From Candidatus Eiseniibacteriota bacterium (lineage in GTDB: Bacteria; Eisenbacteria; RBG-16-71-46; DASYSL01): a stretch of 24,274 bases of DNA. Each line of letters opens with the position of its first letter. The stretch's first letter is position 1. A program made the translations under genes and the position numbers. The stretch lies in NCBI GenBank assembly GCA_031431875.1, contig JANPEF010000078.1, positions 1 through 24,274 of the forward strand, read 5' to 3'. This document shows, in pieces, positions 15,425 through 24,274 of this stretch. The notes below the pieces were generated by a model. It was not told where the DNA came from, made no database searches, and saw only the letters and a program-made list of their open reading frames with translations.

Positions 15425-16432
15425 TCAAGCGCGGGCGAGCACCGCCTCGCGCAAGGCGTCCAGCCGTTCTGGGGGAGTCGCCGGATGGATCGAGCAGCCG
15501 GGCGCGATCATCCAGCCCCGGCCTCCGGTGTCCGCGAAGCCACGCTCGAGTTGCGACAGCGCGAGCGCGTCGTCCGCGGCGACGAGGGCATCATCGTGGC
15601 CGATGCCCCCGATCATCGCCCCGCGCACGAGCGGTCGTGCCGTGCGCAGGTCGAGGTTGCCGTCGGCGGTCGAATCCCACGAGACCGCGGCGACGGGATA
15701 GTCGGTGAGTGCCGCCAGGTAATTGCGCGGGCGGCAGACGTGCAGCAGGTTGAACGGCGCGCCGGCGGCACGGGCGAGTACGCGCAGGTCGAACGGCGTG
15801 GCGAACGCGCGATAGGCCGCGGGGGACCACGCACGATCCGCGGACGCCCATTCGACGGTCGCGAAGTAGATGCCGTCGGCGCCTGCGGCGAGCGCCCGCG
15901 GCACGAAGTCCTCGAACGTGCGCGTCACGGTCTCGACGGCGGCGCGCACGGCGTCGGGATCAGTCGCCATGATGCGCTCGACGGCCGTCGTGCTCTCGGC
16001 CATGTCGGTGACGACGGAGAGCGGCGAGAAGACGGTCTCGACCAGCAGCACGTCGGGTGGCAGCCCGGCGCGCACCAGGCGGATCGCCTCGAGCTGCTCG
16101 CCCAGCGCGCCGGCATCGCCGGGCACGGGCTTCATCGAGCGGAAGTCGCGGGAGGTGCGCAGCGGGAACGACTGGCGGGTCGGTTTGTCGAGGGCGTGGC
16201 GCGGGGTGGAGAAGCCGAGGCCCCAGGGCTCGCCGTGGTACGAGGCGCGCGGGTTCAGCTTCACGAAGTCCCAGTCGTGGCGCTCGCGGCGCTCGAGGGT
16301 CTGTGTGGCGAGGTCGGTGGCGGTTCCCTCGCGGTCGTAGATGTGGCCCCAGAACGCCATCGGCGGTCGATCCACAGGATCGCCAGCCAGCGTCGCGAGC
16401 ACCCGGTCCCGTCGCGAAGCGAAGTCAGTCAA
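15425..16432 (-). CDS. Uroporphyrinogen decarboxylase/MtaA-CmuA family protein
   Basis: [52 protein letters not shown]...TPPERL. TTG start at 16432 preceded by GGAGG. Confidence 0.85.
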   Translation of the reverse strand: MTDFASRRDRVLATLAGDPVDRPPMAFWGHIYDREGTATDLATQTLERRERHDWDFVKLNPRASYHGEPWGLGFSTPRHALDKPTRQSFPLRTSRDFRSMKPVPGDAGALGEQLEAIRLVRAGLPPDVLLVETVFSPLSVVTDMAESTTAVERIMATDPDAVRAAVETVTRTFEDFVPRALAAGADGIYFATVEWASADRAWSPAAYRAFATPFDLRVLARAAGAPFNLLHVCRPRNYLAALTDYPVAAVSWDSTADGNLDLRTARPLVRGAMIGGIGHDDALVAADDALALSQLERGFADTGGRGWMIAPGCSIHPATPPERLDALREAVLARA

Positions 16433-16450
16433 TGCGCACCTCCGACACGC

Positions 16451-16547
16451 AGTGTACGCCCGCAGCGCGCGCGGAGCAACGGAACGCGGGCATGGGCCGC
16501 ACGGACCGGGCGGGGTCCTTGTCCGAAGGGGGGCCGGATGGTAGCTT
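16451..16547. promoter_or_regulatory. Divergent promoter region (URO-D-like gene / rfaE operon)
   Basis: Minus-strand TACACT (16456-16451) upstream of the GGAGG/TTG start. Plus-strand TGgTAGCTT (16539-16547) upstream of rfaE1. Confidence 0.4.
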
Positions 16548-16595
16548 TCGGGCGCGTCCTTCCCGCCCGATCGGCGTCCATCCTGAGGATCCCTC

Positions 16596-17627
16596 GTGCC
16601 CGTTCCCACCGCCGCGGCAGCCCGCGACTTCGTCTCCCGCTTTCGCGGGCGGCGCATTGCTGTCTTCGGCGACCTGATGCTCGATCGCTACCTGTGGGGC
16701 CGTGTCGAGCGCATCTCGCCCGAGGCGCCCGTCCCCGTCGTCGCCATCGACACGGAGACGTTTTCGTTGGGTGGCGCAGCGAACGTGGCGCACAACCTGG
16801 CCGCGCTGGGTGCGGCACCCCGCCTCGTCGGGCTGGTCGGCGACGATGTCTCGGGCCGCACGCTGGCCGCAGACCTTGCCGCGCGCGGGGTCGACGTCAC
16901 CGGCCTGGTCACCGATCGCACGCGGCGCACGACCGTCAAGACCCGGATCATCGCCCACCAGCAGCAGGTCGTCCGCGCCGACGAGGAGGACGCGTTCGAC
17001 GCCACAGGCGCCGCGGCCGCCGCGCTGGATGCGGCGCTCGTCGTGGCACTCGACGGCGCCGAGGCGATCGTCGTGTCCGACTACGGCAAGGGCGCGATCA
17101 CCGCGGCCGGGCTCGCGGTCCTGCTGGCCCGCGCGAAGGCGAAGCGCGTGCCGGTGTGCGTCGATCCCAAGGAGACGCATTTCTTCTCGTACACGGGTGC
17201 GGCGGTGCTGACGCCGAACGCGCACGAGGCGGGCCGCGCGTTCGGCCGCACGATCAAGGACGATGCGACGCTGCTGGCCGCCGGCGAGGACCTGCGCGCG
17301 CGGCTCGACGCCGACGCGATCCTGATCACGCGTGGTGCCGACGGCATGAGCCTGTTCGAGCGCGGCGGCCGGCTCACCCAGCTGCCGACCGTGGCGCGCG
17401 AGGTGTTCGACGTCACGGGCGCGGGCGACACCGTCGTCTCGGTCTACGCGCTGGCGCTGGCCGCCGGTGCCGAGCCCGCGCTGGCGGCGTACCTGGCGAA
17501 CCACGCGGCCGGGCTCGTCATTCGCCACGCCGGCACCGCGGTGACGGACGGCGCCGAACTGCTCGCCTCGCTTGCCGAATCGATCGCCGGGGAGCCGACC
17601 AGGGCCGCTCCGGCGAGCGCCTCGTGA
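16596..17627 (+). CDS. rfaE1: D-glycero-beta-D-manno-heptose-7-phosphate kinase (HldE domain I, PfkB family)
   Basis: [65 protein letters not shown]. Confidence 0.95.
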   Translation: MPVPTAAAARDFVSRFRGRRIAVFGDLMLDRYLWGRVERISPEAPVPVVAIDTETFSLGGAANVAHNLAALGAAPRLVGLVGDDVSGRTLAADLAARGVDVTGLVTDRTRRTTVKTRIIAHQQQVVRADEEDAFDATGAAAAALDAALVVALDGAEAIVVSDYGKGAITAAGLAVLLARAKAKRVPVCVDPKETHFFSYTGAAVLTPNAHEAGRAFGRTIKDDATLLAAGEDLRARLDADAILITRGADGMSLFERGGRLTQLPTVAREVFDVTGAGDTVVSVYALALAAGAEPALAAYLANHAAGLVIRHAGTAVTDGAELLASLAESIAGEPTRAAPASAS

Positions 17628-18130
17628 GCGTCGACGGCCGCGTGCTCGAGCGCGCGGCCGCGACGGCGCAGGTGTCGGGCTGGCGCGCCGCGGGGGAGAC
17701 CGTGGTGTTCACCAACGGCGCGTTCGACCTGGTGCACCGCGGGCACGTCGCCTCGCTCGCGGCGGCGCGGGCCAAGGGCGATCGACTGGTGGTGGGTGTC
17801 AACGACGACGCCTCGGTGCGGCGGCTCAAGGGCCCCAACCGCCCGCTGGCGCCGCTCGAGGATCGCATGGCCGTGCTCGCCGCACTGCGCGCGGTCGACC
17901 TGGTGACGCCGTTCGCCGAGGACACGCCCGAGGAACTGATCCGCGCGTTGCGCCCGGACGTTCTGGTCAAGGGCGCCGATTACAAGGTGGAGGACGTGGC
18001 CGGCGGGGCGTTCGTGCGCTCGTACGGCGGCCGCGTCGAGACGGTGGAGCTGGTCCCGGGCCGCTCGACGTCGTCGTTCGTCGAGCGCGTGCTCGAGCGC
18101 TACGGTCGCGGCGGGAGTTCGACGTCCTGA
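17624..18130 (+). CDS. rfaE2: D-glycero-beta-D-manno-heptose 1-phosphate adenylyltransferase (HldE domain II)
   Basis: [57 protein letters not shown] start overlaps the rfaE1 stop (GTGA). Confidence 0.95.
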   Translation: MSVDGRVLERAAATAQVSGWRAAGETVVFTNGAFDLVHRGHVASLAAARAKGDRLVVGVNDDASVRRLKGPNRPLAPLEDRMAVLAALRAVDLVTPFAEDTPEELIRALRPDVLVKGADYKVEDVAGGAFVRSYGGRVETVELVPGRSTSSFVERVLERYGRGGSSTS

Positions 18131-18155
18131 CATTCGAAGATCGACGGGAGAACGC

Positions 18156-19133
<978 letters not shown>

Positions 19134-19144
19134 GGGGACGCATC

Positions 19145-20329
19145 GTGGCATTCGAGTTCAAGCTGCCCGACATCGGCGAGGGCGTGGCCGAGGCCGAGAT
19201 CGTCAAGTGGCTGGTGGCCCAGGGCGACGTCGTCGTCGAGGACCAGCCGCTGGTCGAGGTCCTCACCGACAAGGCGACGGTCGAGATTCCTTCGCCGCGC
19301 GCGGGTACGATCGCCTTGCTCGGCGCCGCCGAAGGCGCGATCCTGCCGGTCGGTGCGGTGCTGGTGACGATCAATGTAAGCGGCGAAGCCGCTGCGCCCG
19401 CGCCCGCCGTGGCGCACGTGCCCCCGGCGTATGCCACCGTCGCTGCGACCGCAGCGACGACAATGGCTCCGCCGAGTCGCCTCGAAGCCGTCCCCGCGGC
19501 ACGCCTGCTGGCGAGGGAGAGCGGGCTCGACCTGTCGACCGTGACCGGCACCGGCCCGCACGGGCGGATCACGCTCGAGGACGTGAAGACCGCACTCGAG
19601 GGTGGCGGTGGCGCGAAGCCCGCGCCGCCACATGCCGCCTCCGCCGGTCCTGAAGAACGCGTCCCGCTCCGCGGGTTACGCCGGAGGATCGCCGAGCACA
19701 TGATCCACGCTGCGCGCACCGTGCCGCACTTCACGTTCGTGGCCGAGGCGGACATGAGCCACGTCGTCGCCGCGCGCGCGGCGATGAAGGCGACCGGTGC
19801 GAAGGGGACCTATCTCGCCTGGATCGTGCGCGCGGTCGCCGCGTCGCTCAAGGAGTTCCCGCTGCTCAACGCGAGCCTCGACGAAGCGGCGAGCGAGATC
19901 GTGCTCAAGAAGCACTACGACATCGGCATCGCCACCGCGACCGAGGACGGGCTCATGGTCCCCGTGATCAAGAACGCCGACCGCCTCGATCTGGAAGCCA
20001 TCGCCGCGGAAATCGAGCGCTTGGCGCACGGCGCGCGCGAGCGCAAGCTGGGTCTCGACGAGCTGACCGGCGGCACGTTCACCATCACGACCACCGGCGT
20101 CTTCGGCGGCCTGCTGGCCACGCCGATCGTGCATCACCCCCAGGTCGCGATCCTCGGCGTGCACGCGGTGACGCCCAGGCCGGTCGTGCGCGACCGGCAG
20201 ATCGTGATCCGCGAGATGACGAACCTGTCGCTGTCGCTTGATCACCGCGTGGTCGACGGCGACGTCGGCGCGCGCTTCCTGTACGACGTGATCGCGCGGC
20301 TCGAGCGCGCGGAGGAGCCGGCCCGATGA
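19145..20329 (+). CDS. pdhC: Dihydrolipoamide acyltransferase E2 of 2-oxoacid dehydrogenase
   Basis: Single lipoyl domain (FKLPDIGEG...TDKATVEIPSP), E3-binding domain (PAARLLARE...GTGPHGRI), catalytic DHRVVDG. GTG 19145 follows GGGGGA. Confidence 0.93.
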   Translation: MAFEFKLPDIGEGVAEAEIVKWLVAQGDVVVEDQPLVEVLTDKATVEIPSPRAGTIALLGAAEGAILPVGAVLVTINVSGEAAAPAPAVAHVPPAYATVAATAATTMAPPSRLEAVPAARLLARESGLDLSTVTGTGPHGRITLEDVKTALEGGGGAKPAPPHAASAGPEERVPLRGLRRRIAEHMIHAARTVPHFTFVAEADMSHVVAARAAMKATGAKGTYLAWIVRAVAASLKEFPLLNASLDEAASEIVLKKHYDIGIATATEDGLMVPVIKNADRLDLEAIAAEIERLAHGARERKLGLDELTGGTFTITTTGVFGGLLATPIVHHPQVAILGVHAVTPRPVVRDRQIVIREMTNLSLSLDHRVVDGDVGARFLYDVIARLERAEEPAR

Positions 20330-21432
20330 CGCACGAGATGCTGAGCCTGCTCGAACCCGATGGATCGATCGACCCGGCGCGCGATCCGGGTATCGACCCC
20401 AAGATCCTCGTCCGCATCTACGAGCACATGCTGCTGCTGCGCGTGCTCGACACCCGCATGATGAATCTGCAGCGTCAGGGCCGGATCGGCTTCTATGGAA
20501 CGGCGCTGGGCGAGGAGGCGGCGACGCTCGGCAGCGTGGCGGCCGTGCGCGACACGGACTGGGTGTTCCCCGCGCTGCGCCAGGGCGGGGCGCTACTGTG
20601 GCGCGGGTTCCCGCTCCAGGCGTTCATCGCGCAGTTGATCGGCAACTCGGGTGACGTGCTCAACGGCCACCAGATGCCGTGCCACTACGCCGATCGCGGC
20701 GTGAACGTCGTCGCCTGGTCGTCGGTGATCGGCACGCAGTTGCCGCACGCCGTCGGCATGGCGTGGGCCGCGCGGCACAAGGGCAAGGACGACATCGCGG
20801 TGGCCTACCTGGGCGACGGCGCGACGAGCTCGGCCGACTTCCACGCGGCAATGAATTTTGCCGGCGTGTGGAAGGCGCCGGTCGTGTTCGTGTGTCAGAA
20901 CAACCAGTGGGCGATTTCGGTGCCGGTCGAGGCGCAGACCGCGGTCGTCGAGCTGGTGCGCAAGGCCGACGGCTACGGCGTGCCGGCCGTGCGCGTTGAC
21001 GGCAACGACGCGCTCGCCGTGTATCGCGCCGTCTCCGAGGCGGCCGCCCGCGCGCGGCGCGGCGACGGACCGACGTTCATCGAGTGTGTCACGTTCCGCA
21101 TGGGCGGACACTCGTCGAGCGACGACCCCACGCGGTATCGCGACGACGCAGTCGTCGCGGAGTGGAAGCTCAAGGACCCGGTCGTACGCCTCCGGCGGCA
21201 TCTCGAGGGCCGCGGCCTGTGGAGCGAGGAGCAGGAAACCGCGGCCAACGACGCGTGGAACGCGAAGGTCGGCGAAGCGATCAAGGTCGCCGAGGCGATG
21301 CCCGCCCCGGCGGTCGAGAGCATCTTCGACGGGGTGTACGCCTCGCCGCCGTGGAACCTGCGCGAGCAACGCGATTGGCTCACCGCCGAAGGCGGCGGAC
21401 ACGCGAAGGACGAAGGGAGATTTCCCCTGTGA
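20326..21432 (+). CDS. pdhA: 2-oxoacid (branched-chain/pyruvate) dehydrogenase E1 alpha subunit
   Basis: LQRQGRIGFY, QMPCHY, TPP motif GDGATS...NN, GHSSSDDPTRYR. ATGA overlap with E2. Confidence 0.93.
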   Translation: MTHEMLSLLEPDGSIDPARDPGIDPKILVRIYEHMLLLRVLDTRMMNLQRQGRIGFYGTALGEEAATLGSVAAVRDTDWVFPALRQGGALLWRGFPLQAFIAQLIGNSGDVLNGHQMPCHYADRGVNVVAWSSVIGTQLPHAVGMAWAARHKGKDDIAVAYLGDGATSSADFHAAMNFAGVWKAPVVFVCQNNQWAISVPVEAQTAVVELVRKADGYGVPAVRVDGNDALAVYRAVSEAAARARRGDGPTFIECVTFRMGGHSSSDDPTRYRDDAVVAEWKLKDPVVRLRRHLEGRGLWSEEQETAANDAWNAKVGEAIKVAEAMPAPAVESIFDGVYASPPWNLREQRDWLTAEGGGHAKDEGRFPL

Positions 21433-22856
21433 GCATGATCCCGCCCAGCGGCCCGGGCGACCCGCGCCCTGGCTCGCCACAGCCCGGAGCGCAGCTCGAC
21501 GACCCGCTCGCTCGCGCCACCGCGCAGAAGGCCGAGGAGCTCGCGCGCCGCATGCGCGCCGAGGCCGAGAAGCGCCGTGCCGCCGGTCGCACCACGCGGA
21601 TCGTCCTGTTTGCCGCGCTGCTGGTCATCGCCGGGGGCCTGTGGTGGCTGTTTTCGCCGCGGCCCGCAACGAAGCCCGCCGAGACGTGGGAGCGCCGCGT
21701 CGCCGCCGGCACGAAGGTGACCGGACCATCGCTCGCCTTGAGCCCGGACGGCAAGTGGTTCGCGCTCGCCTGGGCCGAGGGCGGTACGCTGTGGTGGATG
21801 CGCGGCACGCGCGAGGCGACGGGGCGCTTCCGCTTCGATGCGCCGACTGCGGTGCCCGACCAGTCGCACCCGTTCACCGCCTTTGACGAGGATCCGCCCA
21901 AGGCCGCGATCGATAACGAGGGCCAGGTCGCCGTCGCGTGGATGACGCGGCCGGCGAATCGCGAGGAGGGCTCGGTGATCGCGGTGGCGCGGCCGAACCT
22001 CGACCGCGATGGGGCGGTCGCGATCACGCGCATCGAGCCGACCGATCCCGCGGGGTTCTACCTCTGCGAGTCGATCCAGTACGACGACGACGGCGGGTTG
22101 CTCGCGGTGTGGATCGACGCCGGCTCGGCGGCGCACTCGCAGGGCGAGATCGGCACGCTGCAGTGCGCGACCGCGCCGGCGCAGGGCCCGTTCGAGACGA
22201 CGGCGGTGCTGGCCGACAGCATCTGTTCCTGCTGCCGCACGTCGGTGTCGTGGTTCGGCCCCGACACGTTTGCGCTGTCGTGGCGCGGCGTCGACGCGGC
22301 GAACTCGCGCGACGTGCGCTTCGCCGTGCTGCGCGAGCGCGGCCTCGACGGATCAGGCACGCCGGCGCTCGATCCGCAGTCGCGCGCGCTCGTGCGCGAG
22401 GACGGCTGGAAGATCGAGGGTTGCCCGTCGCAGGGCCCGGCCGTCGCCGCGATCGGGGACAAGGCCGCGTGGGTCTGCTGGTACACCGAGGGCACGCCGC
22501 GGGGCCTGTCGCTGGCGAAGCTCGACCCGCGCCACGGCGTCGAGGGAGTCCGCTGGGCCACGCGTGAGACCTTCGAGATCGACGTGCGCGAGAAGGCCGC
22601 CTACCCCTACGTCGTGACACTCGGCTCGGGCCGCCCGCTCGTGGTCTTCGAGGGCCCCGCGCCCGAAGGCGGTCGCGCCCTGTTCGGCCGCAGCATGACG
22701 CGCAAGGGCCTGGGCCCGCCGGTGCGCTTCACCACCGCGACGCGCCCGTCGCGCCCGGTCGCCGCGCGCTGGGGCGGCAGCGGCGCTCTCGTCGCCTGGA
22801 CCGAGGCCGATGAGTTCGGCTCGCGCCTGGCGATCGCGGAGTGGAAGGGGTTGTAG
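21429..22856 (+). CDS. Membrane-anchored BNR/sialidase-like beta-propeller protein with CxCC and GCP motifs
   Basis: Single TM (IVLFAALLVIAGGLWWLF), repeated xAW/xVW strands, ICSCCRTS and DGWKIEGCPSQGP. GTG overlaps the E1alpha stop (alternative ATG 21435). Confidence 0.72.
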   Translation: MSMIPPSGPGDPRPGSPQPGAQLDDPLARATAQKAEELARRMRAEAEKRRAAGRTTRIVLFAALLVIAGGLWWLFSPRPATKPAETWERRVAAGTKVTGPSLALSPDGKWFALAWAEGGTLWWMRGTREATGRFRFDAPTAVPDQSHPFTAFDEDPPKAAIDNEGQVAVAWMTRPANREEGSVIAVARPNLDRDGAVAITRIEPTDPAGFYLCESIQYDDDGGLLAVWIDAGSAAHSQGEIGTLQCATAPAQGPFETTAVLADSICSCCRTSVSWFGPDTFALSWRGVDAANSRDVRFAVLRERGLDGSGTPALDPQSRALVREDGWKIEGCPSQGPAVAAIGDKAAWVCWYTEGTPRGLSLAKLDPRHGVEGVRWATRETFEIDVREKAAYPYVVTLGSGRPLVVFEGPAPEGGRALFGRSMTRKGLGPPVRFTTATRPSRPVAARWGGSGALVAWTEADEFGSRLAIAEWKGL

Positions 22857-22932
22857 CTCCGCCGTAGCTCCGCGTTTGCGCCGGCGGGCTATCCTGTGCG
22901 AGGATCGCCCGCGCCGGGAGGAGGTGATCGCC

Positions 22933-23373
22933 GTGCCCCGAGCATTCATCCCGAAGCGCCTTGCCCTCGTTCTTCCAATCCTTGCCGTCGCTTTCGCGAC
23001 GGCAATATCTGGCTGCTCCGACGACTCCTCGCCCAGCGGTCCAGGCAACCTGCGCGTCTACTCCCCGGCCAATCTCCGGCAGGTGATCGCGCCCGACTCC
23101 GCTGTGGTCGGCGACACGCTCGAGATCGTGGCGTGGATTTCCATCGGCGGCTGCTACCGGGCCGAGCCCGCGGTCGTGACGGAGCTCGTGCCCGGCTACG
23201 GCCGCGTCCAGTTGCTCACCAGCCGGCCGTTCAAGTCAGGAACGTGCAACACGGGCATCTGGGGCGTTCCGCTGACCGCGCACATTCCGGTCGGCACCGC
23301 GGGGACGTGGCGCTTCGACGTGGTCGGCTACACGACCACGTCGGTCGAGGTGGTCGTGACTCCGGGGAACTGA
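22933..23373 (+). CDS. Putative lipoprotein with small Ig-like two-Cys domain
   Basis: Strong SD GGAGGAGGT at ~22917-22925 and GTG 22933. Lipobox ISGC after a hydrophobic stretch. TATCCT at 22890-22895 is a possible -10. Confidence 0.78.
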   Translation: MPRAFIPKRLALVLPILAVAFATAISGCSDDSSPSGPGNLRVYSPANLRQVIAPDSAVVGDTLEIVAWISIGGCYRAEPAVVTELVPGYGRVQLLTSRPFKSGTCNTGIWGVPLTAHIPVGTAGTWRFDVVGYTTTSVEVVVTPGN

Positions 23374-23377
23374 GCGG

Positions 23378-24106
23378 ATGACTGCGCGTCGATCCGCGCC
23401 GAACGTTTCGCCCCTGCTGTGGATCCTGGCCTTCGGCCTTGCCGGCTGCGACGGATCGACCCAGCCTGCCCCTATCCCGAGGGAGGCTCCCCCGATTCTC
23501 GCCGTCACCGCGCCGGACGTCGCACCACCGGGAGGAACCGTCCTCGTCCGGATGCACTGGCTGACCCAGGATTGCGGAGCGAGTTTCTTGCGGTTCGATA
23601 CGCAGCTCCAGGAGGATGGAGCCTGGCTTCTCCTGCCGAAGTGGAGTTGGCCGAACGAGGGGTACGCGTGCGGGGCCGTTCTCGTTACCACCTCGCGCGA
23701 GCAGACCATCGCGCTGCCCATGCCCTCCGCGGGCTCGCTGCGCATTCGATTTAACGTCGCCGGTCGGCTGGTCGACCGCCGGGTTCAGCCCGGAGTTCCG
23801 GAGCCGAATCGGGGATTGCTCGTCGAAGTGGTGTCGGTCACGACTGGATTGGCGATCCCGGGGGACACGCTGACGGCCTCTTCCGTGACGCGCGATGTCG
23901 GAGATTCCTGGTCTGTCGGGGCGCCGTTCCTGAGCAACGTCACGGACTCGACGGGGACACTTCGGATCGACCTGACGGGGTTGGACGTCGAGCAACGACT
24001 GATGCTTCGCCGCAAACCACCGGGCAACGGACTGTGGATCGACTTTCCGTTCCTGGAGACCGCACCGGCGGATCAGAGAGCGGAACGTGCGTCGCTCTAC
24101 TTCTAG
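23378..24106 (+). CDS. Putative lipoprotein, N-domain related to the upstream lipoprotein
   Basis: Canonical lipobox LAGC; starts 4 nt after the upstream stop; beta-rich. Confidence 0.78.
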   Translation: MTARRSAPNVSPLLWILAFGLAGCDGSTQPAPIPREAPPILAVTAPDVAPPGGTVLVRMHWLTQDCGASFLRFDTQLQEDGAWLLLPKWSWPNEGYACGAVLVTTSREQTIALPMPSAGSLRIRFNVAGRLVDRRVQPGVPEPNRGLLVEVVSVTTGLAIPGDTLTASSVTRDVGDSWSVGAPFLSNVTDSTGTLRIDLTGLDVEQRLMLRRKPPGNGLWIDFPFLETAPADQRAERASLYF

Positions 24107-24274
24107 GTTTCCGTGCCGCCAGCAGATTGCGCCACCGCTCCCGGCCGCAGCCCACTTTCAGGCCCATTTTCTCGCAACCGTGCGAGGCAATTGGGGGGTA
24201 AGTGGGGTGGGTCAATACGCCGGCGTCACCGTCGCCCACGGCGCCCCAGCCCCGGAAGCCCCAGCCCCCAAAAC

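Noticed and set aside
15158..18130. Apparent 990-aa protein ending in RfaE2, or a frameshifted bifunctional hldE
   Set aside because: rfaE1 and rfaE2 are separate, GTGA-coupled genes. Split HldE is common, and the upstream part of the ORF is shadow sequence.
16596..18130. ADP-heptose as donor for the neighbouring GT-C enzymes
   Set aside because: GT-C enzymes use lipid-linked donors; LPS core synthesis is the simpler explanation, and the genes are not in one operon.
22853..22873. Tandem 10-bp repeat GTAGCTCCGC x2 at a stop codon
   Set aside because: Only two copies with no spacer structure; most likely a small local duplication, not CRISPR or a supported operator.

Overview
High-GC bacterial chromosomal window. 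The FlgD-Ig/T9SS-like C-terminal domains and a C-terminal SWGxIKxxYR tail suggest an FCB-affiliated candidate lineage such as Ca. Eisenbacteria (inference). Left to right: an anti-sigma/ECF sigma/DUF4394 module, a secreted choice-of-anchor-E-like protein, and a ~2.5 kb degraded, lower-GC islet bracketed by two diverged copies of the 3' end of comM/yifB. The islet holds a 5'-truncated CTD-bearing gene, a secreted protein plus lipoprotein pair, and an IS3 transposase remnant. Then come intact comM, an 8-repeat beta-propeller protein with a FlgD-like tail, two tandem TMTC/GT-C-like membrane glycosyltransferases, an SDR with Phe in place of the catalytic Tyr, a GAF hybrid histidine kinase, a degenerate redoxin and a URO-D/MtaA-family gene. 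A long apparent operon follows: rfaE1, rfaE2, 2-oxoacid dehydrogenase E1beta, E2, E1alpha and a CxCC propeller protein. Two related lipoproteins close the window. No rRNA, tRNA or CRISPR array was seen. The most notable signals are the comM 3'-end duplication (a likely integration scar with gene-end replacement) and the candidate protein export/modification signals. All assignments are by eye from motifs; no searches were run.
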